Source: Escherichia phage HEMP4. From it: a DNA stretch of 39,891 nt. The notes beneath the pieces were generated by a model, which was not told the origin of the DNA, did no database searches, and worked only from the letters and a program-made list of their open reading frames with translations. The translations under genes were made by a program, and so were the position numbers. Shown here piece after piece: positions 7,811 to 16,545 of this stretch (within the stretch, counting starts at the first letter, position 1; the number at the start of each line of letters is the position of its first letter). Where the stretch lies: the sequence record OR424387.1; one strand, written 5' to 3'.

Positions 7811-8621
7811 GGTTGAAGTTATCACTCCTGATAAACCTGAAATTTTTCAGATAGCAGAAATTCTGGGTATTGATCCAGATGCTGTTCTTGGAAAGCTGGT
7901 TCGTATATGGGCATGGGCTGACCAGCAAACAATAGACGGTAACGCTGGCAGCGTTACAAAAGGAGTACTTGATAGACTCGCTTTTATTACAGGATTTGCT
8001 GACGCCCTCATTAGCGTCGGATGGCTTGCTTATCATGACGGCAAACTAATTCTTCCAAACTTTGAGCGACACAATGGAGAATCATCGAAAAAACGTGCAC
8101 TTACGAATAGAAGAGTGGCAGAGCATCGAAAACGAGTAACGCAAAAAGTAACGCCAACAGCGTTACAAAAGGAGTTACCAGAGGAAGAGGAAGAGGAAGA
8201 TATATATAAAACCCCACACATAGCGCACGTGCGCGAGGGTGCTCCGACCAGTGAAGCGAACAGTACGCCGTTGCAGGTGGCAGAACCTGAATTTCTGGAT
8301 GGCCTGAGTGAACCCATCGGGAAATTTCCGATGACAGATGGCTGGCTACCGTCGCCAGATTTTCGGCGGCGTGCTGCGCTGTGGGGAACGGCCCTGCCGG
8401 AACCGGAATTTACACCTGCTGAACTTGCTGCATTCCGGGATTACTGGATGGCTGAGGGCAAAGTGTTCACGCAGGTTCAGTGGGAACAAAAATTCGCCAG
8501 GCACGTAAATCATATCAGGGGAAAATCAAAAAATGCCGGGAAAAGCGATGAGCTTGACTGGAATAACACTGACTGGATAGAAGGGGTGTGGGATGAAATC
8601 AACTCCAGAACTTCTCAATGA
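7791..8621 (+). CDS. Replication initiation protein (O-like position, DnaT-like C-terminal region)
   Basis: ATG at 7791 with AAGAGGGG SD; occupies O position upstream of P-like gene; contains iteron-like DNA repeats; C-terminal AELAAFRDYWMAEGKVFTQVQWEQKFARHV resembles DnaT-like domain. Confidence 0.55.
   Translation: MASSWIKVEVITPDKPEIFQIAEILGIDPDAVLGKLVRIWAWADQQTIDGNAGSVTKGVLDRLAFITGFADALISVGWLAYHDGKLILPNFERHNGESSKKRALTNRRVAEHRKRVTQKVTPTALQKELPEEEEEEDIYKTPHIAHVREGAPTSEANSTPLQVAEPEFLDGLSEPIGKFPMTDGWLPSPDFRRRAALWGTALPEPEFTPAELAAFRDYWMAEGKVFTQVQWEQKFARHVNHIRGKSKNAGKSDELDWNNTDWIEGVWDEINSRTSQ
7939..7966. repeat. Iteron-like element 1 (GTAACGCTGGCAGCGTTACAAAAGGAGT)
   Basis: 28-bp sequence with internal inverted repeat AACGCTG/CAGCGTT; repeated at 8148..8175 in a different reading frame. 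Confidence 0.5.
8148..8175. repeat. Iteron-like element 2 (GTAACGCCAACAGCGTTACAAAAGGAGT), followed by (GAGGAA)x3 and AT-rich tract
   Basis: Near-identical to 7939..7966; extra AGTAACGC half-site at 8135..8142; (gaggaa)3 at 8181..8198 then tatatataaaa. Confidence 0.5.
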
Positions 8622-9369
8622 GTACGATCGCTTACGTGAGCATGGTGTTGCTGTGCATGAAGAGCGGCGTGACAGCAATGGCAAAAAGGAGCAGGTTGCT
8701 AGAATTTTCAATGAACTATTTGTCCAGTTACAGGCTGCATTTCCTGCAAGCGTTTCGACCATAAGGGAGCAGAACAAACTTAATGAATTCCGTAAGCAAT
8801 GGATGCTTGCGTTTCTGGAGAATGGGATCACTACAATGGAACAGGTTAACGCTGGTATGCGCCACGCCCGCGCCAGTGAATCTCCGTTCTGGCCGTCGCC
8901 AGGGCAATTCATCAAGTGGTGCAAAGACAGCAAGATGGTTCTTGGCGTCACCATTGACGATGTGATGGCGGAGTTTCACCGGTACAGCAAGGAAAAAAGT
9001 TTATATCCTGGTGGTCCCGAAAGATTCCCGTGGCGACATCCGGTTATGTACTGGGTCGTATGTGATACCCGCCGTGCAATGTATCAGCGCCAGCTTAGCG
9101 AGATTGAGGTTGAGAAACACGCGCGCAGGCTGCTCGATGATTGGGCGAAAAAGGTGGCTTCCGGACAGCAGATACCCGATCCGGTGATCAGCATACAGGC
9201 AAAGCCAGAACCCATGAGTACGCCTCCTGACACTGGGAGAGACGTTTACCATCCACCAGGGCGAAGTTTCGGGTGCATGCCTAACGCCGCCACCCTGGGG
9301 GGAATAACACCGGCGCAGTGGCTGATAGAGGAATACAGGCGGGGAAAGGCGGCAGGATTTATCAAGTAA
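8593..9369 (+). CDS. Replication protein P-like helicase loader
   Basis: 258 aa; NGITTMEQVNAGMR...PSPGQFIKWC closely resembles conserved core of lambda P. Confidence 0.8.
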   Translation: MKSTPELLNEYDRLREHGVAVHEERRDSNGKKEQVARIFNELFVQLQAAFPASVSTIREQNKLNEFRKQWMLAFLENGITTMEQVNAGMRHARASESPFWPSPGQFIKWCKDSKMVLGVTIDDVMAEFHRYSKEKSLYPGGPERFPWRHPVMYWVVCDTRRAMYQRQLSEIEVEKHARRLLDDWAKKVASGQQIPDPVISIQAKPEPMSTPPDTGRDVYHPPGRSFGCMPNAATLGGITPAQWLIEEYRRGKAAGFIK

Positions 9370-9406
9370 TACCAGCGCGATAGCGCATTTTTTTACGCCT
9401 ACATGA

Positions 9407-9421
9407 TTACCTGTTGGGTAA
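9407..9421. promoter_or_regulatory. Operator-like palindrome TTACC-N5-GGTAA
   Basis: ttacctgttgggtaa, perfect, intergenic. Confidence 0.5.
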
Positions 9422-9468
9422 CAAAATGTTCTAATCTCTATTGATTTCATGTCTTATGTGGTTTTTAA

Positions 9469-9483
9469 TTACCTAAGGGGTAA
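9469..9483. promoter_or_regulatory. Operator-like palindrome TTACC-N5-GGTAA overlapping RBS region of 9487 gene
   Basis: ttacctaaggggtaa, perfect, ends 4 nt before ATG. Confidence 0.5.
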
Positions 9484-9486
9484 ATC

Positions 9487-9831
9487 ATGAGAAAACAGAT
9501 ACAGGCTCTTGGTCGACTCAAAACAGGCCAAATGAACAAAACAGAATCTGCGTATTGCCAGCACCTTGAGCTGCGTAAACGTGCAGGAGAAATCGTCTGG
9601 TATCGATTTGAGGGTATCAAGCTGCGGTTAGCTGACAACACGTTCTATACGCCCGATTTTGCTGTGATGCTCGCCACCGGCGAGATGGAACTGCACGAAG
9701 TGAAAGGTTTCTGGACCGACGACGCCAGGGTGAAAACCAAAGTCGCCGCAGATCAGTATCCGTTCCGAATCATCGGGGTAACGGTTAAACCAAAGAAAGC
9801 AGGTGGTGGCTGGAACATCGAAGAGTTCTGA
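9487..9831 (+). CDS. DUF1064-like phage protein (PD-(D/E)XK-like fold)
   Basis: 114 aa; YTPDFAV...ELHEVKG pattern typical of DUF1064 proteins found beside replication genes. Confidence 0.6.
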   Translation: MRKQIQALGRLKTGQMNKTESAYCQHLELRKRAGEIVWYRFEGIKLRLADNTFYTPDFAVMLATGEMELHEVKGFWTDDARVKTKVAADQYPFRIIGVTVKPKKAGGGWNIEEF

Positions 9832-9892
9832 AGCGACGATCTTTTTAGTTATCAATGTAATCAATAAGTTATGTGGATAAGCGAGGGTAAAG

Positions 9893-10324
9893 ATGGAAAG
9901 TAATATCAAAGGGTTAGTTGCCGCCGGGCATGAGATGGCTTCGGAACTGAAAGCAGAATGTGGTGCCGTTGATATGCGCAGTGTGGCAAAGCTGATCAGC
10001 GATTTGGCAACGCAACTGGAAGTGCAACTGGTGCGTGCTAATGCGCTGGCGGCGGAGAATGAGCTGGCTCGTAAGGCAGTTCAGGCATTCTGCGATGTTG
10101 TTGGCGACAACACCGAGGTTATCGCTGAGGTGGTTGGGCGAGATGGCGTTCTGGTTATTTTGGAGGCCATGAAGGCAACAGGAAATATGCCAGCCACCGA
10201 TGCTTTTCTGGCTGAAGTACGGGCGCAGGGGGTGGAGATGTTTGCGGAGTGTGCATACACACTTGAACATCATGATCACGCAGTAGCCTTCGCCGCTGAG
10301 CTTCGCAAAGGAGGCAACCAGTGA
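9893..10324 (+). CDS. Hypothetical protein (143 aa), Ea22-region-like
   Basis: ORF with GAGGG SD; alanine-rich helical protein. Confidence 0.45.
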   Translation: MESNIKGLVAAGHEMASELKAECGAVDMRSVAKLISDLATQLEVQLVRANALAAENELARKAVQAFCDVVGDNTEVIAEVVGRDGVLVILEAMKATGNMPATDAFLAEVRAQGVEMFAECAYTLEHHDHAVAFAAELRKGGNQ

Positions 10325-11055
10325 GCAAGATTGATTATCAAAAGCTTCGTGAAATCGCTGAAAAAACAAAAATTGCTGGTGAAGCACCTGTAATGCCTTT
10401 CGATCAGCGAATTAATGCGCTTAACGATTTTATGAAGCACTTTTCGCCAGATATCGCGCGGGCATTGCTGGATGAACGGGAAAGGAACCAGCAATACATC
10501 AAACGCCGCGACCAGGAGAACGAGGATATTGCGCTAACGGTAGGGAAGCTGAGAGTTGAGCTTGAGGAAGTAAAACAACACGCTGAAGAATTATCCGAAA
10601 CCAAGGCTGTTCGTAACCAATGGCGGCCAGATATTTGCCCAATAACCGGACGTGCATTTTTCATGTGGATTGAGCATCCAACATTGGGGAATGTGCCGAC
10701 ATATGGTGGCCCATTAGATAGTTACACAATTCCAACAAAGGACGGTGACGGTGAGTTTTCATGTGAGCGTTACGATCATGATTTTGGCGGTTGGGTAGAA
10801 AGCGAATGTCTTGGGTTATATCTGATTGATGATAGAGAACAATGCAGGGTCTACGAACTGGAGGAACGCGTTAAGGAACTGGATGCTCGGGAAATATCGC
10901 TCCCGGAACGTAGCAGCATGCTTCATCGAACAGATTTTCACGATGATTACCAAACGGTAATGGCATACAAAGTTTCTGAAGTCATCGATGCAATCCGCGC
11001 TACTGGCATTTGCATCAAAGGAGACGCAGGAGAGCAAAACGATGAAAAACCGTAA
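10321..11055 (+). CDS. Ead/Ea22-like protein
   Basis: 244 aa; GTG start 6 nt after AAGGAGG; N-terminal MSKIDYQKLREIAEK and coiled-coil region resemble Ea22-family proteins. Confidence 0.55.
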   Translation: MSKIDYQKLREIAEKTKIAGEAPVMPFDQRINALNDFMKHFSPDIARALLDERERNQQYIKRRDQENEDIALTVGKLRVELEEVKQHAEELSETKAVRNQWRPDICPITGRAFFMWIEHPTLGNVPTYGGPLDSYTIPTKDGDGEFSCERYDHDFGGWVESECLGLYLIDDREQCRVYELEERVKELDAREISLPERSSMLHRTDFHDDYQTVMAYKVSEVIDAIRATGICIKGDAGEQNDEKP

Positions 11056-11407
11056 AGCAAAATTACTTCTTTTATCGCGTTCGACGGGGTACGAGAAGCT
11101 ACCAATCAGCAATCACAAACGGGCGGTGATCGGCATGTTTGGTAGGGTGGTATTCGCATTTAACTATAAACCCACCGCGTCGCGGAACAGACGAGAGAAG
11201 GGGTACGCAGTGCGATGAAAAACCGTAAGGCAAAGATGCTGATAGCAAAGCCCGGGCAGCGTATCCGTATCTCAAATCGGCTTGTTATTTACTATAGATA
11301 TCTGGGTTTTAGGGGGTGTTCCTCTATTCGTTTTTACGGTGTCTGGCGAAACAGAAGCGCAGCACAAAACCGCTGGAAAAACCACTTTCGCACTAAAGGA
11401 GAGTGAT

Positions 11408-12241
11408 ATGACCACTTTCACCGACAAAGAACTGATTAAAGAAATCAAAGAGCGTATCAGCAGCCTGGACGTTCGAGACAATATTGAACGCCGGGCTTAT
11501 GAAATCGCCCTGGCATCGCTGGAAGCAGAACCGGTGGCGTGGATGCGTGATGACGCAGATGGTCGTGAGTATAACGCTCGCAATGAATTTTCTGGTGGAG
11601 GGGGAGGAATTCCACTCTACGCCACCCCTCAGGTGCAGGTAGTGCCGGAAGAAATGTATTGGCAGGATGCGCCAGTTGAAGGCAGCAGCAAAGCGGCTGC
11701 ATACGCTACAGGCTGGAACGATTGCCGCGAAGCCATGCTTCAGTCCGGAAACTTTCGGGAAAATAAAGATTCGTCAACCAATAATTTTCGGAAAATCCCG
11801 GAAGCGTCAACCAGCTCTCCGGTAACTCCGGCTCTTCTGCCTGGTGGTTTCACCATTGAGGAGGCGAAGGAATTACATGAAGACCTGGTATGCAGCCACA
11901 TAAGCAAGGCCTTAAGTGGCGAAAAGATGAAAAAGAAAGATCGCGATGCTGATTTGCGCTGGATTCATGGCGTTATAGTTCAGGCAGCGTGGTTTGTAAA
12001 AGCATCACTGGAGCAGAATGCACTATCGGGCAACTATCCGGTAACTCCGGATGGTTGGATAAGCTGTAGTGAGCGAATGCCCCCTCAAGATGATTGGATT
12101 TTAATTTATTCAAAGCACGGCGAGTATATGGCAGGACAGGTACAAGGGGAATACGTGGAGTTGAGCGACGGCACTTTATCGTGGTTAGGGAACGCCTTGT
12201 TCTGGATGCCGCTACCAGAACCGCCGCAGGAGGTGAAGTGA
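11408..12241 (+). CDS. DUF551-domain protein
   Basis: ATG at 11408 after AAGGAGAG; C-terminal ...GTLSWLGNALFWMPLPEPPQE typical of DUF551. Confidence 0.55.
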   Translation: MTTFTDKELIKEIKERISSLDVRDNIERRAYEIALASLEAEPVAWMRDDADGREYNARNEFSGGGGGIPLYATPQVQVVPEEMYWQDAPVEGSSKAAAYATGWNDCREAMLQSGNFRENKDSSTNNFRKIPEASTSSPVTPALLPGGFTIEEAKELHEDLVCSHISKALSGEKMKKKDRDADLRWIHGVIVQAAWFVKASLEQNALSGNYPVTPDGWISCSERMPPQDDWILIYSKHGEYMAGQVQGEYVELSDGTLSWLGNALFWMPLPEPPQEVK

Positions 12242-12591
12242 TGGACTATTCACAGTTAAGTGATTTTGAAATTAACAGAATGGTAGGAGACATAATTTTT
12301 AAAGGCCTTTGGGCGTGTAAACCGGAAACATCAGGGAATAACACCAACAAATGGTATTACGGAAATACTGATACAACTTTTGAGCCATTAAACCCTTTAC
12401 CTGACTACTGCAATAATCCATCGGATGCATGGCCTATTATTGTTGATAATAAAATCAGTCTAACCTGCCACCAATCTCGCGGTGAGTGGTCAGCTGTTTT
12501 TAATGTCGAGAACATTTGCTTTCATGCGAATAATCCACTCCGAGCCGCCATGATTGTATTTCTCATGATGCAGGAAAATCAGAATGGCTAA
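12241..12591 (+). CDS. Hypothetical nin-region-like protein (116 aa)
   Basis: Start overlaps stop of upstream gene (TGATG); ORF track 12094..12591 trimmed to coupled ATG. Confidence 0.5.
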   Translation: MDYSQLSDFEINRMVGDIIFKGLWACKPETSGNNTNKWYYGNTDTTFEPLNPLPDYCNNPSDAWPIIVDNKISLTCHQSRGEWSAVFNVENICFHANNPLRAAMIVFLMMQENQNG

Positions 12592-12922
12592 ATCAGCAGC
12601 AGAGCGCAAAGCCGCTCAGAGAGCCAGACAAGCTGCATCTGGTGTGCGTAAGCTGGAGATTGTGCTTGATGCTCAGGAAATTGAAATGCTTGAGCGTAAC
12701 TGTGCCGCACGTCGCCCCGGGCGTGCGCCTTACGAATTTGGTGAGTATATAGCGTTACTGATCCGCCAGGATGATGCACGCGTGCGCGGGCGTATAAAAT
12801 CGATCAGTAGAAAACGTTGCGGTAAGTGCGGCGAGAGAGTTCCCGTTAATTCATGCCCGTGTAATGGTGACTCGCAATGCTGGGTGACTAAAGGCTGGTA
12901 TGAAACGAAATTAATAGTGTGA
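12584..12922 (+). CDS. Putative DNA-binding regulator with C-terminal Cys-rich zinc-ribbon-like tail
   Basis: 112 aa; basic N-terminus ERKAAQRARQAASGVRKLEIVLD (ribbon-helix-helix-like) and CGKCGERVPVNSCPCNGDSQC; last gene before packaging operon; stop codon lies inside GTGACATGTCAC palindrome. Confidence 0.5.
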   Translation: MAKSAAERKAAQRARQAASGVRKLEIVLDAQEIEMLERNCAARRPGRAPYEFGEYIALLIRQDDARVRGRIKSISRKRCGKCGERVPVNSCPCNGDSQCWVTKGWYETKLIV

Positions 12923-12930
12923 CATGTCAC
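12919..12930. promoter_or_regulatory. Palindrome GTGACATGTCAC, copy 1
   Basis: Perfect 12-bp palindrome overlapping TGA stop of 12584..12922; also at 15184 and 32792. Confidence 0.5.
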
Positions 12931-12971
12931 GAGTAGATTATGCATGATGAATTTGACGGGTTTTGAATACT

Positions 12972-12997
12972 GCCGCCAACTATGGCGGCTTTATTTT
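12972..12997 (+). terminator. Rho-independent terminator
   Basis: GCCGCC-aactat-GGCGGC followed by TTTATTTT. Confidence 0.65.
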
Positions 12998-13008
12998 GCA
13001 TGGTACTA

Positions 13009-13041
13009 TTACCACAACGGTAACTATTACCACGGTGGTTA
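13009..13041. promoter_or_regulatory. Two operator-like sites upstream of terS (13009..13023 perfect; 13027..13041 9/10)
   Basis: ttaccacaacggtaa and ttaccacggtggtta. Confidence 0.5.
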
Positions 13042-13637
13042 TGATGCCTGCTGAACCTAAAACCTATAAACGCAAATCAACGCAATTTAAGCCACTAACA
13101 GCAATGCAGGAGGCTTATTGCCAGTCATACATCAAAACGCCTGAAAACCAGACTCAGGCAGCGATTAACGCAGGATTCTCCCCAAATACAGCGGCAGTTA
13201 AAGCCAGTGTCATGATGCGCGATGAACGCATTCAGAAACGGATTGCCGAGTTGATGGAGGAGCGCAACAAACGAATGCGCGTCAGTGCTGATTACGTTCT
13301 CATGCGCCTGGTGGAGATCGACCAGATGGACGTTATCGACATCCTCAACGACGATGGGAGCCTTAAACCAATCCGTGAGTGGCCGAAAATCTGGCGCACT
13401 ACGCTTAGTGGCTTTGATCTGTCATCGACCATCATGAACATGAACGAGGATTCGATAGAGACAATCCTCAAAAAAATTAAATGGCCTGACAAGGTGAAGA
13501 ACCTTGAGCTGATTGGTAAGCATGTTGATGTCAATGCGTTCAAAGAACGTCTGGATGTTAATGTGAATGTGACAATTGCTGATCGCATAGCGGCAGCCAG
13601 GAAGAGACTGAAAGAACGTCAGGATGGCAATCAGTGA
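13041..13637 (+). CDS. terS: Terminase small subunit
   Basis: ORF 12963..13637 trimmed to ATG 13041; TPENQTQAAINAGFSPNTAAVKASVMM matches Terminase_2-type small subunit signature; directly upstream of terL. Confidence 0.8.
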   Translation: MMPAEPKTYKRKSTQFKPLTAMQEAYCQSYIKTPENQTQAAINAGFSPNTAAVKASVMMRDERIQKRIAELMEERNKRMRVSADYVLMRLVEIDQMDVIDILNDDGSLKPIREWPKIWRTTLSGFDLSSTIMNMNEDSIETILKKIKWPDKVKNLELIGKHVDVNAFKERLDVNVNVTIADRIAAARKRLKERQDGNQ

Positions 13638-15109
13638 CAGATACAGCGTTATCTCCTGAAGAGCAGTTAATTGAGGATATTGCAGGGTTCACTCACGATC
13701 CGCTTGGCTATGCCCTCTATGCGTTCCCGTGGGGGGAAGAGGGGACTGAACTGGCACATGCTACCGGCCCACGTCAGTGGCAGGCCGATGCGTTCCGAGA
13801 GATACGTGATCACCTGCAGAATCCAGAGACGCGTTATCAGCCGCTTATGCTGGCACGTGCTTCTGGTCACGGTATTGGTAAATCCGCATTCATCTCAATG
13901 CTCATCAACTGGGGCATGTCCACTTGCGAGGATTGTAAGGTCGTGGTGACCGCCAACACCGACAACCAGCTACGAACGAAGACCTGGCCGGAAATTATCA
14001 AGTGGTCGAACCTTGCTATCACGAAAGACTGGTTTACCTGTACCGCTACCGCGATGTACAGCAATGACCCTGGGCACGACAAGCGGTGGCGGGCTGACGC
14101 AATACCCTGGTCTGAGCACAACACTGAGGCATTCGCCGGACTACACAACGAGCGCAAACGCATCATCGTGGTGTTTGATGAAGCGTCGAACATTGCGGAT
14201 CTGGTGTGGGAAGTTGCCGAGGGTGCGCTTACGGACGAAGACACTGAGATTATTTGGGTGGCGTTCGGAAACCCTACACGTAACACCGGGCGTTTTCGCG
14301 AATGTTTCCGCAAATATAAACACCGCTGGAAAACTGCGCAGATTGACAGCCGGACGGTGGAAGGCACTAACAAACAGCAGTTGCAGAAATGGGTTGATGA
14401 CTACGGGGAAGACAGCGACTTCGTTAAAATCCGTGTGCGTGGCATATTCCCTGATGCATCTGAATTGCAGTTTATCCCTACCGGTCTTACTGACGAGGCA
14501 ATGAAACGGGTGGTAACCGCTGCGCAGGTTGCACATGCTCCGGTGATAATCGGCGTTGACCCGGCATACTCCGGCGTTGATGACGCTGTGATATACCTGC
14601 GGCAGGGGCTACACAGTAAGGTGCTGTGGACTGGCAACAAGACTACCGACGATCTGATTATGGCGAAGCGTATCGCTGACTTTGAAGACCAGTATCAGGC
14701 TGACGCGGTGTTCATCGACTTCGGTTACGGAACCGGTTTGAAGTCAATCGGTGACGGCTGGGGTCGTACATGGCAACTTGTTCCGTTCGGTGGCGCGTCT
14801 ACTGACCCGCAGATGCTCAACAAGCGTGGGGAGATGTTCAACTCATGCAAGACATGGCTGAGGCTCGGTGGCATGCTGGATGACCAGGAAACAGCGGACG
14901 ACCTGTCGGCAGCAGAGTACAAAGTTCGAGTGGACGGTAAAATCGTTATCGAACCGAAGGAAGATATCAAAGAGCGACTTGGGCGTTCTCCTGGTAAAGG
15001 CGATGCGCTACTGCTGACGTTTGCGTTCCCTGTGTCGAAGCGTCTGCGAATTCCCGGTCAGCAGAACCAGCAAGGCAAGGCCATCACAGATTACGATCCC
15101 TATGCTTAA
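13634..15109 (+). CDS. terL: Terminase large subunit
   Basis: 491 aa; Walker A-like ASGHGIGKS, Walker B-like IIVVFDEAS, C-terminal nuclease-like region; overlaps terS stop. Confidence 0.85.
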   Translation: MTDTALSPEEQLIEDIAGFTHDPLGYALYAFPWGEEGTELAHATGPRQWQADAFREIRDHLQNPETRYQPLMLARASGHGIGKSAFISMLINWGMSTCEDCKVVVTANTDNQLRTKTWPEIIKWSNLAITKDWFTCTATAMYSNDPGHDKRWRADAIPWSEHNTEAFAGLHNERKRIIVVFDEASNIADLVWEVAEGALTDEDTEIIWVAFGNPTRNTGRFRECFRKYKHRWKTAQIDSRTVEGTNKQQLQKWVDDYGEDSDFVKIRVRGIFPDASELQFIPTGLTDEAMKRVVTAAQVAHAPVIIGVDPAYSGVDDAVIYLRQGLHSKVLWTGNKTTDDLIMAKRIADFEDQYQADAVFIDFGYGTGLKSIGDGWGRTWQLVPFGGASTDPQMLNKRGEMFNSCKTWLRLGGMLDDQETADDLSAAEYKVRVDGKIVIEPKEDIKERLGRSPGKGDALLLTFAFPVSKRLRIPGQQNQQGKAITDYDPYA

Positions 15110-15159
15110 TCCGCTGGTGGGGATAATGTCGTTGATATCCTCTGGTGAGGATAAAACAA

Positions 15160-15184
15160 AGCCAGCTCATAGGCTGGCTGTTTG
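15160..15184. terminator. Bidirectional hairpin terminator between convergent terL and moron gene
   Basis: AGCCAGC-tcatag-GCTGGCT; T-rich tail on minus-strand side (TTGTTTTAT), weaker on plus. Confidence 0.55.
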
Positions 15185-15195
15185 TGACATGTCAC
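15184..15195. promoter_or_regulatory. Palindrome GTGACATGTCAC, copy 2 (within 14-bp palindrome TGTGACATGTCACA)
   Basis: Perfect palindrome adjacent to terminator. Confidence 0.5.
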
Positions 15196-15199
15196 AGAG

Positions 15200-15622
15200 C
15201 TAGAAAATAATTTCATCAAATGCAGCATTTATTGCCTTTGCTTCGCTAATGGCGCCTTGTTTATCGACAATAGCTTTTTTACCAAGCACCTCGGCAAGGC
15301 ACTGTAGCTTCATGTTGTATAAGTGTTCGCTCATGTAATCATTATCACTTTTTGCTTTAGCGCAAACAGAGCGAGAAATATCAAACACATCGCCTTTTTC
15401 CATTTCAGAACGTTGTGCTGTTATCCAGTCATGGAACGTAACGCTAGTACCATGGTCTTCGCTAAGAGTTAACCCGGTCAGTCCCTCACTCTGAATTACT
15501 TCGTAATGCATTTCATTACCAGCAAAAACGCCATAAAAAACGCAGTCTTCAGCCTGAACGATACGAGAATATTTTAATGGCCATTCATTTAGATACTTAG
15601 CCAACATATCAATTGTTTTCAT
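15200..15622 (-). CDS. Hypothetical moron protein (140 aa), AT-rich
   Basis: Opposite strand to flanking structural operon; visibly AT-rich; AAGGTGAG SD; no recognisable motifs. Confidence 0.6.
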   Translation of the reverse strand: MKTIDMLAKYLNEWPLKYSRIVQAEDCVFYGVFAGNEMHYEVIQSEGLTGLTLSEDHGTSVTFHDWITAQRSEMEKGDVFDISRSVCAKAKSDNDYMSEHLYNMKLQCLAEVLGKKAIVDKQGAISEAKAINAAFDEIIF

Positions 15623-15820
15623 GATCTCACCTTAAAAAAATGCCCAGCGAACCGGGCGAACTGGAAGCAATGAGTTATGCCTTCCGTGGCTGTACGGGTT
15701 TACAGCATGAAGTCATCGCAATGGCGTCCTGCTGTAAAAAGGGCGGTGATAGTCCTTCAAGGGAAACCATCACCGCCAAGCACCTGGAACTTCTGGCATC
15801 ACGGTCCTTAGGCGTGATTC

Positions 15821-15897
15821 TGGCGCGGCATGCAGGATTCGAACCTGCGACCAACCGCTTAGAAGGCGGTTGCTCTGTCCAACTGAGCTAATGCCAC
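15821..15897 (-). tRNA. tRNA-Arg (anticodon UCU)
   Basis: Reverse complement folds as cloverleaf: acceptor GTGGCAT/ATGCCGC (one G-U), D-arm GCTC-AGTTGGACA-GAGC, anticodon stem ACCGC/GCGGT with loop CTTCTAA (anticodon TCT), T-arm GCAGG-TTCGAAT-CCTGC, discriminator G, CCA end; 77 nt. Confidence 0.85.
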
Positions 15898-16219
15898 AAC
15901 GCTGAGAGCACTTAGCCTGTTAAGGCGCCACACTTTGTCGCGGCTCCATAAATGCTCTCATCGTTGTACCCTCGTCTCTTCCGAGGTGTCACACCGAATC
16001 GCCGGGATGGTGAATCCCCGTGCGCGGAATAAAACCGCTCGACTTGCACATTCCGGCTACCTGGTTCGTTTGCCCGAGCAAGGGAGGGTGCCCCTTAAAC
16101 GTATCCAGACCGCTATCGGCGCATGTGCCATACGCCGTACTGCTCAAAATAAAAGCTCACCCCACCTGTTCAATTTAACGACAAGCCAGTCAGATTAGTA
16201 ACTGGAGTGAATTCTTTGG

Positions 16220-16234
16220 TTACCTGAAAGGTAA
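16220..16234. promoter_or_regulatory. Operator-like palindrome TTACC-N5-GGTAA upstream of portal operon
   Basis: ttacctgaaaggtaa, perfect, followed by TAATAAT. Confidence 0.5.
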
Positions 16235-16324
16235 TAATTCGTGCGTTAAATGTCAACTGTCTACGATAAATAAATCATATGTGGTTAAATTGGTAATAAT
16301 TTAATTGCGTACGGAGTCATTGAT

Positions 16325-16531
16325 ATGTGCATGGGTAGCTCACCATCAGTGCCTGCAACACCAGAAGTTCAGGCAGCACCACAGGAGCAGGATGCCGCCG
16401 TTGTTGATGCCCGCGACGAAGAAACTCGTCGCCGTCGCGCTGCTGCTGGTCGTAGTTCTACGCTGCTTACCGGTTCTCAGGGCGACACATCAACCGCTAA
16501 TACCAGCGGTAAAACGCTGCTTGGTCAGTAA
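16325..16531 (+). CDS. Hypothetical small protein (68 aa) upstream of portal
   Basis: GGAG SD 10 nt upstream; codon usage consistent with neighbours; alternative overlapping frame 16305..16544 judged less likely. Confidence 0.45.
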   Translation: MCMGSSPSVPATPEVQAAPQEQDAAVVDARDEETRRRRAAAGRSSTLLTGSQGDTSTANTSGKTLLGQ

Positions 16532-16545
16532 CCGGAGTCATTGAA

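Noticed and set aside
9872-9880. Perfect DnaA box (TGTGGATAA) upstream of 9893 gene
   Set aside because: Single 9-mer occurrence is within chance expectation for 40 kb; no cluster of boxes.
13667-14536. Several antisense or alternative-frame ORFs inside terL
   Set aside because: Shadow ORFs within a well-supported large terminase gene.
15183-15196. CRP-site interpretation of TGTGACATGTCACA
   Set aside because: Half-site spacing is 4 bp rather than the 6 bp of CRP sites; retained as an unexplained palindrome instead.
15935-16198. 87-aa plus-strand ORF in the noncoding region between tRNA and portal operon
   Set aside because: No SD; region better explained as promoter/regulatory DNA; an apparent tRNA-like T-arm near 16010 does not complete a cloverleaf.
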